A stretch of DNA of 46,696 nucleotides from a virus (lineage: Duplodnaviria > Caudoviricetes). Below, in pieces: positions 1 to 9,649 of the stretch. Position numbers and translations under genes: made by a program. The notes beneath the pieces were generated by a model. It saw nothing but the letters and a program-made list of their open reading frames with translations. It made no database searches and was not told where the DNA came from. Every line of letters begins with the position of its first letter. Within the stretch, counting starts at the first letter, position 1. The DNA is taken from IMG/VR virus record IMGVR_UViG_3300005323_000059, positions 1 through 46,696 of that record. One strand, given 5' to 3'.

Positions 1-146
1 AGACGAACCAACAACACCTGTCGCGCCGGTAACAAGAACCGTCTTGTCAATCCAAAATTTATTCATGCGCCTCCCTGCGCTATGCTATTCTTCCTTCGGC
101 TTTTTGTCTAATTCGGAAGGTTTTACATCCGGTCTTTTCGCGTCTA
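1..146. repeat. Terminal overlap with 46551-46696 (circular contig)
   Basis: 146-nt direct repeat, mismatches only at positions 2, 15, 16, 42; joining the ends links the portal region to the dehydratase gene. Confidence 0.95.
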
Positions 147-252
147 TCTCCGAATCCTCGCGCCCGCAGACACAACGATAGCGTTTAATTACAACGCCAG
201 ACATTTTAGTAGTCTGCCACAGTTCCATTTCAAGTCCGCATTTACATTTCAT
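85..252 (-). CDS. Small Cys-rich protein, 55 aa (not in ORF track)
   Basis: MKCKCG...RYRCVCGRE...KEE*; ATG overlaps portal TGA (ATGA). Confidence 0.65.
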   Translation of the reverse strand: MKCKCGLEMELWQTTKMSGVVIKRYRCVCGREDSEIDAKRPDVKPSELDKKPKEE

Positions 253-1619
253 AATTGGCCTCTGTCAAAATTCTTCAATAACTGATCTCCCAGGTTGGTT
301 TCTTGCTCTTGCTCCCCTTCCATGCGCTCGCTTTCCTGTTCCCAGTCATAGCCCTTCATCACGCTGGCGGTCTGCTTTGACAACAATCCGGTCTCAACGT
401 CAGTCTTCAACTCCTGTGATTCTTCTGTGCCGTTTACGGGCAGGTTATCTTTCCAGATGATCTCGCCTGGGTCGGGGGTCATGTTGTTCATTTCCAGCAA
501 ACGCCGGTTGATCTCCAGCAGCGCATCGCCATATAATCTCTGTTTGGTTTTGATCTTATTGACCGCATCCTGATACAACACGCGCAGACCAAAGTTAGTC
601 AATGCGCCCAGTTTGTCAGCCACAGAATCTATGTCAACGGTGCGGGTAACGTCAAAGAACGCCTGTCTCATGGTCGTGAAGAACGTAGTGGATGAAGCCA
701 AGTCAGAGTTCAATTCAACCGTTTTCCAGAACGCCTCGGGATTATTGGCGGTCAGAATTTCGCCAACGTCCATGCTGACAACCTCTTTGTTGTCTGTCCC
801 CAACCCGTAAGTATAGGACTTCGGGTGCGCCCATAGCCTGACGATCTTGTTGATGTTGGATGCCAGGAAGTTTAGTTTATCCTGCAATCTGATAACGTCC
901 TCTGTCAAATCAGGTGTTCCATACACGTCATCAGCAGACGGCAAGTTCTGAAAGTGTAATATCTGCGCCCACGTATAATCCCATACCTCCGACTGCATCA
1001 ATACCCACTTCCCGCCCGTCGCAGATGATAGCTGGTAGTCGCTGATTAGCCAATTGTTATCCTGTGCTTCGTGTACTTGTTTGCGCAATAACTCTTTTCC
1101 ATCCAGCCCAACGGTGGCAAACTTGATCGTATAGCGTATGACCTGCTCGAAATCCTCCGGGTTGGTATCCATCTCAACCCACTTTGGGTCAACCAAGACA
1201 AAGCGCGGTAGTTCAACGTCATCTTTTATCAATCCGGCAGGAACGATCTTGACATACCCCGTCCCATCTTCACTGGCCAACATAGCCATGCGGTGCAGGA
1301 ATATCTGCTTTTTGTTGGCCTCCCACACAGAATTGATGTACTGATCTTCGGGCGTGTCGTCCGCTTCGCCCGGCAGGTCAAATTCCGGTTCTTCCCCGAA
1401 TAGCATAGAGATAGAGCGGTCAATCACCAACCCAGAGAAGTTGATATAGATGTTGTCATCCGTCTTACCTGGTCGCGCCTTGATCTGCTGCTTGTGTCTG
1501 CCCTCGCGGTAATCTCGGCGTTGCTGCATGCTCGCGATCCTTTGTGTCGCAGGTTCATCAAACAGCCCGGCAAACAACCAGTTCAGCGCGCCATTTCTTA
1601 GGTTATCAAATATGCCCAT
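249..1619 (-). CDS. Portal protein (SPP1 gp6-like)
   Basis: 456 aa, directly after TerL; YINFSGLVIDRSISMLFG and W..NLP.N segments typical of SPP1-type portals. Confidence 0.85.
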   Translation of the reverse strand: MGIFDNLRNGALNWLFAGLFDEPATQRIASMQQRRDYREGRHKQQIKARPGKTDDNIYINFSGLVIDRSISMLFGEEPEFDLPGEADDTPEDQYINSVWEANKKQIFLHRMAMLASEDGTGYVKIVPAGLIKDDVELPRFVLVDPKWVEMDTNPEDFEQVIRYTIKFATVGLDGKELLRKQVHEAQDNNWLISDYQLSSATGGKWVLMQSEVWDYTWAQILHFQNLPSADDVYGTPDLTEDVIRLQDKLNFLASNINKIVRLWAHPKSYTYGLGTDNKEVVSMDVGEILTANNPEAFWKTVELNSDLASSTTFFTTMRQAFFDVTRTVDIDSVADKLGALTNFGLRVLYQDAVNKIKTKQRLYGDALLEINRRLLEMNNMTPDPGEIIWKDNLPVNGTEESQELKTDVETGLLSKQTASVMKGYDWEQESERMEGEQEQETNLGDQLLKNFDRGQL

Positions 1620-1625
1620 GTTGCC

Positions 1626-2861
1626 TCACATATCAAAAGGATTCTCCCGTACTTGCGCGCGCGTCCCGGCTGCGCGTAACATCAAAGCCCTTGCCATTAC
1701 CGTGTCATCGTGCATCCCCTCTGGCGCTGAATACTGGCTTCGGCCCGTATTGGGCGATACCTTGCGTTCGTATGCTTCTAACTCGCCAGTCCATACAGGG
1801 TCGGCCTGAAACTGCCACTCCTCGATTTCCAAAGCCAACGCCAGATTTTCAATTAGGGGCGGCTTGCTCTGCGCGGTGGTTACAAAACTCGCCACCGGGA
1901 AGCCCGACCGCGCCAGTTCCTCAAAGTTCGGTTCGCCGATGGAGTTAGTCTCTAACAGGATGTGTCGAGTATTCCAACGCTTGCAGATTGACATCAAGCG
2001 CTCGCGCTGAAAGACGTAGTCGATCTTGTTGAATCTATCCCTTGCCAGTTCTACATGACAGGTGGCACACCCGATTGATATTGCGGTAAAGTCGGCTTGT
2101 TTAGCCCAGTCCACGCCAGCAACGATGTAATGACCCTTGTGCGCGTCCGGCGTTGTATTTTTGGCGTGCATGCAAGCATTAATATTTCTGAATACTGCGC
2201 CCTCGCCCTCCAAGAATTCAGCCATGATCTCTTGACGGTAGGCTTCGGCAGTCATGTCTGCGGATAATTCTGCCAGCGCTTCTTTGCTCAAATGCGGGTT
2301 ATCATGGCTGGTAAAGTGCCATGCTCTCCAAAGACCGGTTGTATCTGCTACCGCTTTTTGATAAGCAAGGTACGCATGATTCCTGCGGTTAGGGGTAAAG
2401 ATAAAAACCGCATCGCCGTTGTTGTCTAACAACATCGGCATACCCACCAACTCCCACGCATCCGGCTCCATGAAGCTGTACTCGTCCAGAATCAAAAGGT
2501 CGGCAAAATCCCCACGTAAAGTATCTGCGTCATGTGCCGTTTTGCAACGTATACGCCCACCATTGGGAAACTCAATCATGCGGTCGGTCTCGTTTTTCCG
2601 AATGACTTTGTTTGATATGGGTTCTGAAAAATAACCCTTGACTGCTTCCCAAAAGGCATTGGTCTGATCTGCCACCGGCGCAGCCTCTAATACTCTGCGC
2701 CCATTCAGTGCGCTCATGGCCGCCAGCATAGACGCTCCGGTAGTCTTTCCACCGCGCCGACCGGCCACGATGATCTTGCGTTTGGCTGTCGAGTAGATAA
2801 ACTCGCGTTGTTTGTCATGTGGTCTCGGTAGGGTTATCTTGTAATCCATCAGCGTAGTCAA
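1626..2861 (-). CDS. terL: Terminase large subunit
   Basis: Walker A GRRGGKT, Walker B LLILDE, FTPN motif, nuclease GVDWA and HDDTVMARAL. Confidence 0.95.
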   Translation of the reverse strand: MTTLMDYKITLPRPHDKQREFIYSTAKRKIIVAGRRGGKTTGASMLAAMSALNGRRVLEAAPVADQTNAFWEAVKGYFSEPISNKVIRKNETDRMIEFPNGGRIRCKTAHDADTLRGDFADLLILDEYSFMEPDAWELVGMPMLLDNNGDAVFIFTPNRRNHAYLAYQKAVADTTGLWRAWHFTSHDNPHLSKEALAELSADMTAEAYRQEIMAEFLEGEGAVFRNINACMHAKNTTPDAHKGHYIVAGVDWAKQADFTAISIGCATCHVELARDRFNKIDYVFQRERLMSICKRWNTRHILLETNSIGEPNFEELARSGFPVASFVTTAQSKPPLIENLALALEIEEWQFQADPVWTGELEAYERKVSPNTGRSQYSAPEGMHDDTVMARALMLRAAGTRAQVRENPFDM

Positions 2862-3120
2862 CCAGGAATCTAATCAATCCATCATGTTCAACGTCTACTT
2901 GCTGTGGTGGCTTGCCCATCAGGTATTGAGATAACCACTCGCGCGCGCGTGGATCGCCACGCTTTGCCTGAAAGACCGCTTTGTCGATGATCTCGCGCCA
3001 GTCTTTAGCGGTAACAGCAGCACCCATGCGCTTAAGATATTTAAATTGGTCAATTGGCCGCCCGGTCGGGTTGCCAGACTGCCCCTTAAGAAATCTCCCT
3101 TTGTCGTCACGCTCCGCCAC
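2815..3120 (-). CDS. terS: Terminase small subunit (DUF5681-like)
   Basis: GRFLKGQSGNPTGRP N-terminal motif, overlaps start of terL. Confidence 0.8.
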   Translation of the reverse strand: MAERDDKGRFLKGQSGNPTGRPIDQFKYLKRMGAAVTAKDWREIIDKAVFQAKRGDPRAREWLSQYLMGKPPQQVDVEHDGLIRFLVDYADGLQDNPTETT

Positions 3121-3319
3121 TCAAAACCTCACCAAACTGATCGTCATCATAAATAACTACCCGCAACACGCGCCCGTCTGTTTTAATCCTGTGCATGGTG
3201 GTCAATATCTCCGCCTCTGTCTCCGGCAGGTCTAACTCAATCCTGATGCCATTATCCATCAGCGTCTTGACCCGGCAGACAGTGGCCGGAAAATCACATA
3301 GTGCGGTTAGTTCAGACAC
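3107..3319 (-). CDS. Hypothetical protein
   Basis: 70 aa, overlaps both neighbours in a tightly packed operon. Confidence 0.6.
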   Translation of the reverse strand: MSELTALCDFPATVCRVKTLMDNGIRIELDLPETEAEILTTMHRIKTDGRVLRVVIYDDDQFGEVLSGGA

Positions 3320-3495
3320 ATCACTCCCGGCACTACCTTGAACCAGTTACTCATGTGTACCAACGCATCCGCATACTTGTGCTGATAGCGCGAGACATAG
3401 GTAAGAGATGGGTACTTATCATCCCCGCGTATGCAGTAGGGTAGGGTTCGCTCGTGCATGCGTTCCCACGTCCACAAGACGGTTTTATCTGTCAT
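3307..3495 (-). CDS. Hypothetical protein
   Basis: Likely start MTDK coupled to endolysin stop (TAATG). Confidence 0.55.
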   Translation of the reverse strand: MTDKTVLWTWERMHERTLPYCIRGDDKYPSLTYVSRYQHKYADALVHMSNWFKVVPGVMCLN

Positions 3496-4265
3496 TAATG
3501 CCGCGCCCACCACGACCAACTGTTCATACCTTCCTCGCGCGATTTCTTCCAGATAACCAACGCGCGTTTGTACGCCTCTGACACAATGGGCTCAATTGGT
3601 ACGACCGGTTCAGGCATTACATCATGCCCGGCCATCTCTAACAATTCTGATTCAGATTTCAGCCAGTAGTTACCATCCAGCGCCACCCCAATGCCCGGTA
3701 ATTTGAGTTTATCGGTGTACTGCCACATAACTACATTTCTCATGTCTGCTGGTTTGCGAGTTAGTTCTGTGTTGTACTGCGCCAGCCACAGTTTATAACC
3801 ATCATCCTTGTCAGTCCCCAACCAGGCCGGGTTGCCGTAGTCGTTGTACAACATGCCCCAACGACTGTAAATGATGGGTTTGCGCCCGGTCTCGCGCTCC
3901 AGGTAATCAAGCATGGACTTAAGCACATTCGCACAGTCCGCCGGTTTCATGCCCCCGTCCGTGGTCTCCACGTCAACAACCCATAGATCGGGTTCGCCAT
4001 ACGCATCAACAATCTTGATAAAATGCCGCGCCTGATTGCTTGCCCCGATGGAGGGGTGGAAGAAATAATATGCCCCCGAGATTAGATCGTATTCTCGCGC
4101 TTCCCGGATGTTGCGCTGGTACATGTCGTCTAGGTACTCTTTTTTGCTACTGGTCAGGATTTCGCCGGCCTTGAAGATGCCTCCCCGGATATTATTTGCA
4201 ACAAGTTTAGCGAAATCTACTTTTCCGCTCCAGTGCGAGATGTCAATAATATTGATGTATGCCAT
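3495..4265 (-). CDS. Endolysin, GH25 muramidase
   Basis: IDISHW, GAYYFF, catalytic DVE, LWLAQY, MWQYT motifs. Confidence 0.92.
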   Translation of the reverse strand: MAYINIIDISHWSGKVDFAKLVANNIRGGIFKAGEILTSSKKEYLDDMYQRNIREAREYDLISGAYYFFHPSIGASNQARHFIKIVDAYGEPDLWVVDVETTDGGMKPADCANVLKSMLDYLERETGRKPIIYSRWGMLYNDYGNPAWLGTDKDDGYKLWLAQYNTELTRKPADMRNVVMWQYTDKLKLPGIGVALDGNYWLKSESELLEMAGHDVMPEPVVPIEPIVSEAYKRALVIWKKSREEGMNSWSWWARH

Positions 4266-4380
4266 AACTAATCCTTATAATTGCAGAGACTGGCCGGCGC
4301 GCTATCCTATGCAGGTCGAGGAGGGCGACCACAAAAGCGCCTTTGATCGATCCGGCCAGTCAGGGGAGATGAAAGATGAT

Positions 4381-4653
4381 TTACTTTTTCAGCGCATCGT
4401 ATACGCCAGTAACCGTCAGCCCTAACAATAGCCCCTGGAATACAAAGGCCAGATAGTCTACAACGATACCGGTTTCGGGGATCACAAACAGAAATGACAG
4501 CGCGAACGCGGCTACGGTCAGCATCCAGGACTTGCGCCACGCAAAACTCTCCGATACCTTTTTGACATAGGCCATGATACCCATGACCATGACAGCAATG
4601 CCAGCATTGGTTTGCACAAACTCGATTCCTAAATTAATTAATTTCAACAGCAT
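4381..4653 (-). CDS. Putative holin
   Basis: 90 aa, about three hydrophobic segments, C-terminal TGVYDALKK, upstream of endolysin. Confidence 0.7.
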   Translation of the reverse strand: MLLKLINLGIEFVQTNAGIAVMVMGIMAYVKKVSESFAWRKSWMLTVAAFALSFLFVIPETGIVVDYLAFVFQGLLLGLTVTGVYDALKK

Positions 4654-4677
4654 TTCAGTTCCTTTCTAATTTCTCCC

Positions 4678-4706
4678 AGTATACCATATTTCAATTCTAT
4701 ATTCAA
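4678..4706 (-). promoter_or_regulatory. Sigma70-type promoter for lysis/packaging operon
   Basis: TTGAAT-N17-TATACT with TG extended -10. Confidence 0.6.
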
Positions 4707-4756
4707 CGACTGAATTATGATCTTGACACTGTCCAGATTGCGCGTGATAGCAGGGG

Positions 4757-4784
4757 AAATAAAAACCCCGCCGGTTAGCGGGGC
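4757..4784 (-). terminator. Intrinsic terminator ending early/middle operon
   Basis: GCCCCGC-TAACCG-GCGGGGT followed by TTTTATTT. Confidence 0.8.
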
Positions 4785-5344
4785 TGTTTGTTATACTTTT
4801 CCAGGAGGGCGCTGTGATTAATAATTGCCTCTTTAGTGCATTCCCACTTTTCAATGTCATGCGTCAGGCCAATCATCTTAACGTACTTGGCCAGCCTCTC
4901 CGCGTCCTCCCACCACTCCCTGATCTGCTCGTCCTTCTCGGCGGATTCCTGCTTTAGTTTTTCATGGTCATAGGTGATAAAATCCTCGCCCTCATGCGCA
5001 TCCCAATATAAAATCCCATGAGATTTTCCGTCCCTCCGCTCCTCTTGTTTTGCAGCCTCATATTTTCTGTCAAAACATCTCATGCACAAAACGCCACCAA
5101 GATTTTCAAAGCCCGAATACTTTAACCACAAATCGTCCGAAGTATGCCAAACGCTTTCTACCATGCACCCACATTCCATGCATTTTTCAGTTCCATCGTC
5201 TATGCCTCTTATCTCGATGGATTCCTTGCGGAGGCGGAGAAGCTCACTTAGAGCGCTCATTACATCCTCTGTATCTTCATGCGCATACGCAAGGCTTCTG
5301 TTGAATTTGCTTATTAAATCTCTCAACCGTTCATCTGTAATCAT
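4775..5344 (-). CDS. Hypothetical protein with two CxxC motifs and coiled coil
   Basis: CMEC...CMRC; 189 aa; ATGA-coupled. Confidence 0.65.
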   Translation of the reverse strand: MITDERLRDLISKFNRSLAYAHEDTEDVMSALSELLRLRKESIEIRGIDDGTEKCMECGCMVESVWHTSDDLWLKYSGFENLGGVLCMRCFDRKYEAAKQEERRDGKSHGILYWDAHEGEDFITYDHEKLKQESAEKDEQIREWWEDAERLAKYVKMIGLTHDIEKWECTKEAIINHSALLEKYNKQPR

Positions 5345-5595
5345 TTGTCCTCCCAGCCTTTAGGAAGTTCGGCAAAGGCGATAACAATTGATCTATCTTC
5401 AACATGCCAACAGCTATCGTCATTTCCCCAAAACGCTCTTATTGGGCCACTACTTACATAGATATTTCCATGTACGGCAACCTTCGTAGTAACCCAATAG
5501 TCGCCTGATTCCTCCGGCTTATTCTCCGGGTAGCGCTTCCAGACAATCGTTTCGGTCTGGGTCATGTCCTCTTGGGGTTTGCTATTTGGGGTCAT
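5341..5595 (-). CDS. Hypothetical protein (DUF551-like)
   Basis: W..YPENKPEESGDYWV...VIAFAELP pattern. Confidence 0.55.
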   Translation of the reverse strand: MTPNSKPQEDMTQTETIVWKRYPENKPEESGDYWVTTKVAVHGNIYVSSGPIRAFWGNDDSCWHVEDRSIVIAFAELPKGWEDK

Positions 5596-5779
5596 TATTC
5601 ACCTCCTTTTCAGCTTCCGTCTTTATTCCTTTTGCGTAATCTATCGCAAGCCACATGGAATCAACTCTCCCATCATAGTAGGTTATTCCTCGGTTCAAAA
5701 CCCCATGTCTCTCGACAAACTCCAATTCGATTTTTAGTTTGTCGATAAGCAAGTCAATGGGAGATTTCTTTTTCTTCAT
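5582..5779 (-). CDS. Hypothetical protein
   Basis: Likely start MKKKK coupled to upstream TGA. Confidence 0.55.
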   Translation of the reverse strand: MKKKKSPIDLLIDKLKIELEFVERHGVLNRGITYYDGRVDSMWLAIDYAKGIKTEAEKEVNNDPK

Positions 5780-6063
5780 TCCTCTCCTTTCGCTTCGGGG
5801 AGGACTTCGGGAATGAGACGGTCGAGAATCTGCATACAAGTGCGGATTCCGCCAGTCATTCCGAGTAGCATATCGCCCTTACTCTCCACATCTACCGTTA
5901 GCGGTCGCGCAACATCCCCATACGCTTCTACAATCTTCTTCCTCACCTCCCCAACCCGCCGGAGTAGGTCGGTATAATCGCCATCTTTCTTTGTACACTC
6001 AGGACATTTCCCGCGAACAACATCAATAACTTCGCCGCATTCGCTACAAGTAAATTTGCTCAT
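5776..6063 (-). CDS. Zinc-ribbon protein
   Basis: Start MSKFTC after GGAGG; CSECG...CPEC. Confidence 0.6.
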   Translation of the reverse strand: MSKFTCSECGEVIDVVRGKCPECTKKDGDYTDLLRRVGEVRKKIVEAYGDVARPLTVDVESKGDMLLGMTGGIRTCMQILDRLIPEVLPEAKGEE

Positions 6064-6523
6064 TCTTCCTCCTTTGAAACAGCAAGCGTCGTACCGATCC
6101 AACAACTATCAGCCATGCCTTAGCGATGGCTTGCCAGAGTTCTTTGGTTTCCTCGTTTGGGCCGTAGTTGATTATATGCAGCGGATAACCACCGCTGTAA
6201 TTCCAATACATTCCACAGGCATCAAAGTCTGCCACTCTATCCTTCCCCCAAATCTCCGTCATCAACGCCATGTACTCTCTGGGATCGGAGAGGTCGGGGA
6301 GATACTTCAAAAAACCCGCAATCTTATTTGTGCGCAGTTTTGCAATCGGTTGTTTTTGGGGAGAAAGGAGAGCATATTCCCTAATCACTGAATCTAAATA
6401 ATTTTCCCCAAACCCGCTAAAAACATCCCTTTCTTCAAGTAGCTTTACCTTCCACCCCTTCCTCTCCGCCACTCTGATACGGAGTTCTTCGGGGGTCAAT
6501 GCCAAGATTTCATCGGGGGTCAT
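6044..6523 (-). CDS. NinX / ABA-sandwich-like phage protein
   Basis: EL...VA...GW...PDLS.P...AIAKAWL pattern. Confidence 0.5.
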   Translation of the reverse strand: MTPDEILALTPEELRIRVAERKGWKVKLLEERDVFSGFGENYLDSVIREYALLSPQKQPIAKLRTNKIAGFLKYLPDLSDPREYMALMTEIWGKDRVADFDACGMYWNYSGGYPLHIINYGPNEETKELWQAIAKAWLIVVGSVRRLLFQRRKNEQIYL

Positions 6524-6634
6524 TTATTCGCATCCTTTCCCATTATCTGAACCTATACTATCTGACGTTAATATACTGATTAATATTCCAATCATTACTG
6601 CACACATACAAATAGCCACACCAATTCCTATCAT
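6524..6634 (-). CDS. Small membrane peptide, 36 aa (not in ORF track)
   Basis: MIGIGVAICMCAVMIGILISIL..., fills gap exactly with ATGA coupling. Confidence 0.5.
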   Translation of the reverse strand: MIGIGVAICMCAVMIGILISILTSDSIGSDNGKGCE

Positions 6635-7017
6635 TTCTCCACCTCCTTCAGCGTCAGGTACAACGCTTCTGCCTTTTGACGGGCAGTGGCGTGGATAATA
6701 CTTCCAAGATCGTTTTGAATTATCTTTTGCAATATCTCCCTGTATTTCATAAAAGGCGGTATGGTGTATTTTCTCGGCGCAATCTTATCTGGCAACTCTA
6801 GAAGATACCCCTCAATCTCGTGGCACTGGTCAAGGGACTGGGTGGGATGCCACGCCAAGATAGAGATTTGGCCATCGATGCTATACACGCACTTATCGTT
6901 TTCATCCATCCACCAAATCATGGTCGCCCCTGGAGTGATTTTCCCCTTGTGCCATCCCCTCAATAGCGCCAGAGCTTCATCCAGTTCACTATCAATCATT
7001 TCAGATACGGGTTTCAT
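6631..7017 (-). CDS. NinX / ABA-sandwich-like phage protein
   Basis: ELDEALALLRGW...WHPTQSLDQC...ATARQKAEALYL. Confidence 0.5.
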   Translation of the reverse strand: MKPVSEMIDSELDEALALLRGWHKGKITPGATMIWWMDENDKCVYSIDGQISILAWHPTQSLDQCHEIEGYLLELPDKIAPRKYTIPPFMKYREILQKIIQNDLGSIIHATARQKAEALYLTLKEVEK

Positions 7018-7217
7018 TTTTCCTCCTGCTCAATGGTTACTTTCAATGGCCTTTGAGATTGAAACAAATTCACCAGTTTTCTTTCCGTCTTTTTTATCTT
7101 TTTATCACCAAAGTAAAATACAACTTCGATGGTTAAGTGGACGATTTCTTTTGAAAAATTTTCGTGTGTCTCTGATCCCAAGTGGCATCCGGTAAGAATA
7201 AGTTTGTCTCCCATCAT
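7014..7217 (-). CDS. Hypothetical protein
   Basis: SD GAGGA, ATGA coupling downstream. Confidence 0.55.
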   Translation of the reverse strand: MMGDKLILTGCHLGSETHENFSKEIVHLTIEVVFYFGDKKIKKTERKLVNLFQSQRPLKVTIEQEEK

Positions 7218-7222
7218 TCCTC

Positions 7223-7411
7223 CTAATCAATCACCGGCAAACCATTAGTGCACCGCCGATAGTCATCGTAGTACGCCCAGTTCAGCGGTTCGGGGTCGTC
7301 CTCAACAACTGGCAGAGTCTGACCATACAGCCAATCATCAAAGCCAGGCACATCACTGATCTTGACCAGCTTCATGCCCTGCCAAATCTTGATTGTTGGC
7401 TCTTTCATCAT
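7223..7411 (-). CDS. Hypothetical protein
   Basis: Start MMKEP after GGAGG; FDDWLYGQTLP...AYYDDY. Confidence 0.55.
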   Translation of the reverse strand: MMKEPTIKIWQGMKLVKISDVPGFDDWLYGQTLPVVEDDPEPLNWAYYDDYRRCTNGLPVID

Positions 7412-7683
7412 TCCTCCTTGCGCTGCCAGAATTTGCAACCCCAGGTTCTTGCTGTTTCATCGTCCATATCCATAATGGGAGTGCGTATTTCCACACATTT
7501 GTTCCAATCAGGAAAAGATGCGCGCAACCATCTACACGTCTTGCAGCACCAATCCTGCGGGTTTTGAATTACTGCTTCAAAGAACTCTTTATTGACTGGT
7601 TCAACGCCAACAATATGAGTTTGGATACCGTTATCATAAATTGGTTTTACTTGCACTTCTAACATCTCATACCCTCCGATCAA
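7408..7683 (-). CDS. Hypothetical Cys-rich protein
   Basis: CCKTCRW...C...GCKFWQ. Confidence 0.55.
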   Translation of the reverse strand: MIGGYEMLEVQVKPIYDNGIQTHIVGVEPVNKEFFEAVIQNPQDWCCKTCRWLRASFPDWNKCVEIRTPIMDMDDETARTWGCKFWQRKEE

Positions 7684-7865
7684 TCATCACACACGCAATG
7701 ATCTGACAATGCATAATACGTGCCAACAAATTTAAATTCTCCCGTAGATAAATCTTTATAATAATAGTCTACTTTTTTGCTGTTTTTCCTTTTCACCAGT
7801 TTTACATTGTTTTCGCCAAACTTTTTGATGTCGTATTGATGACAACAGTAATTGCAATCTCCCAT
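7680..7865 (-). CDS. Hypothetical Cys-rich protein
   Basis: 61 aa, CNYC...HCVC, SD GGAGG. Confidence 0.55.
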   Translation of the reverse strand: MGDCNYCCHQYDIKKFGENNVKLVKRKNSKKVDYYYKDLSTGEFKFVGTYYALSDHCVCDD

Positions 7866-7866
7866 C

Positions 7867-8190
7867 TCACACCTCCTGCTTTCCTTGTCTCTTTCCGCCG
7901 ACCCACAAGTCTCTTTCCGGCTCGGCTATCAAATATCTTTTGCCACACACGCACGTAATGATTATCTGATACGGCATGTCCGGCGACATCTCAAACGACC
8001 GCATGTATAAACCATTGCCCCATTCGTCCTCGTGTTCGATCACCAACCCACAATGAGGACAGGTAACACCATGAAAGCCCTCAAAGTCATACCGCGATGT
8101 TACTTGCTTGCCTTTGTATTTCTGGATTAGGCGGGCAGCTTCGGCCTGCACTTCGACTTCATTCGGAAACGTACCTGGTTGATACATCAT
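7867..8190 (-). CDS. Hypothetical zinc-ribbon protein
   Basis: CPHCG...CVCG. Confidence 0.55.
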   Translation of the reverse strand: MMYQPGTFPNEVEVQAEAARLIQKYKGKQVTSRYDFEGFHGVTCPHCGLVIEHEDEWGNGLYMRSFEMSPDMPYQIIITCVCGKRYLIAEPERDLWVGGKRQGKQEV

Positions 8191-8528
8191 TTCAGCACCC
8201 TGAATTCATACTGTAATCCGTGTTGCAGCAGGAATAGTTTGCGCTTGATTTTAAAGACGGCGGTCTCAACTCCTTTGACGTCCTCAACCACCATCCGCCC
8301 GATTTTGCAATCCCAGTACATGAAGTCGGCCTCATAGTATGTCGGTCTGATTTTCTTCCCGTCAATTTCAAAGCCCTTGATGATCTCAAAACGCGGGTGT
8401 ACTTTGAGTAGATGAACCTCTTCGGCTTTCTGAAGCAAGCATAGCTCATTGTACCTTTCGGCCTCGCGAAGCGAATCAAAGCGGATCCCGTCAGTTGTGG
8501 TCGCCCGTGCATTGTATTTATTTGTCAT
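8187..8528 (-). CDS. DUF1064 family PD-(D/E)XK nuclease (putative resolvase)
   Basis: NKYNA...DGIRFDSLREA.RY...YEADFMY...VVEDVKG...FKIKRKLF. Confidence 0.85.
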   Translation of the reverse strand: MTNKYNARATTTDGIRFDSLREAERYNELCLLQKAEEVHLLKVHPRFEIIKGFEIDGKKIRPTYYEADFMYWDCKIGRMVVEDVKGVETAVFKIKRKLFLLQHGLQYEFRVLK

Positions 8529-8923
8529 CTGAATATTTGAACCCCATTAATTGTTCGCTTGTTTTTATCAGCATCCAAAATCCCAACAACAAATGCTCGC
8601 GCAGATGTATAAATATCGCTTATGGCATCTTTTGCGTTTTTATCATCGCCCCCATTTAATAGCAATGCACAAAGGCTTTGCCACAAAGAGATTAAATACC
8701 GGCGCACGTCTGGATGATTCAGCGACTGTATGTCACGAACCTTTTTATAAAACTCGTCAAAATTGTCAGACGCAATCTTTGTTTTTAGATTTAGTGGAAA
8801 TACAACAAGATTACTTCCGCTTGTTTCAATGAATCCATTTGTAACCGCGCTTATTCTATTGCCCTCCATATTCTTGATCTGGCATAGTTCAAAATCGTGA
8901 TAAACAAAATCTCCAACGTTCAT
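8525..8923 (-). CDS. Hypothetical protein
   Basis: 132 aa, SD GGAGG. Confidence 0.6.
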   Translation of the reverse strand: MNVGDFVYHDFELCQIKNMEGNRISAVTNGFIETSGSNLVVFPLNLKTKIASDNFDEFYKKVRDIQSLNHPDVRRYLISLWQSLCALLLNGGDDKNAKDAISDIYTSARAFVVGILDADKNKRTINGVQIFR

Positions 8924-8932
8924 CCCAACCTC

Positions 8933-9247
8933 CTAAAACGCTTCCGGTTCTTCGGCAGTGCCCTGCTTGTTGAATACCTGGATTTCCTCGACCGTGATAT
9001 TGCGGTAGATTTTCTCATTGTAGATACGATCTGAATATCTCCCACGCACCATCACAGCCATGCCCTTAGCCAACCAGTCGAAATTATTGGCCATCGGTTC
9101 CCAAATAGCGCAGTTGAACCACATCGGCTCACCGTCTTTAGTCGGATTGTGTGCAACGGAAAACTCAATTATCTTTTTCCCGTCCGGCGTGTACTTAGGC
9201 TTTGGTTCGCCGATAAAACCGCATACTGTAATTTTTGCCATGCTCAT
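8933..9247 (-). CDS. ssb: Single-stranded DNA-binding protein
   Basis: OB-fold pattern (FSVAHN...WFNCAIW...KGMAVMVRGR), acidic tail EEPEAF. Confidence 0.85.
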   Translation of the reverse strand: MSMAKITVCGFIGEPKPKYTPDGKKIIEFSVAHNPTKDGEPMWFNCAIWEPMANNFDWLAKGMAVMVRGRYSDRIYNEKIYRNITVEEIQVFNKQGTAEEPEAF

Positions 9248-9648
9248 TAGTTATTCTCCCAACTGGTTTCCAAATCAATGTCAGGGACGATTGTTTCGGG
9301 CTTGAAGATAACTTTATAGTGGTATACATCGGCCTTTGATGCTTCAATCTGTTCTGCAAAATAGGTAACGTTATCTGACAAGCCGAGAAAGTGTTTTTTG
9401 TAAGAGTCTTCTCCGGTTTTACATGTTACCGACAATTCGCCGTCTATATCGTTGTTTCCGAGAGAGCATAGCCCCTCGATGGTCAGAATATAATCAGCCG
9501 TTATCCCGTTATAAAACACGATGCGCCGATTCACCCTAAACATATCGGCGTCTTGCGATAGATTGTATGACGCAACATCCGCGTCTGTGCTACAAGCCGC
9601 CGCAAAAACAAACAAAATCACAAGCACGATCAAAAACGACTTTTTCAT
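9247..9648 (-). CDS. Conserved phage lipoprotein
   Basis: Signal peptide with lipobox AAAC; ADVASYNLSQDADMF...RRIVFYNGIT family pattern. Confidence 0.7.
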   Translation of the reverse strand: MKKSFLIVLVILFVFAAACSTDADVASYNLSQDADMFRVNRRIVFYNGITADYILTIEGLCSLGNNDIDGELSVTCKTGEDSYKKHFLGLSDNVTYFAEQIEASKADVYHYKVIFKPETIVPDIDLETSWENN

Positions 9649-9649
9649 T

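Noticed and set aside
1-146. Biological direct terminal repeat
   Set aside because: It cuts through two coding regions and the mismatches cluster at the extreme contig start, as expected for an assembly overlap of a circular or permuted genome.
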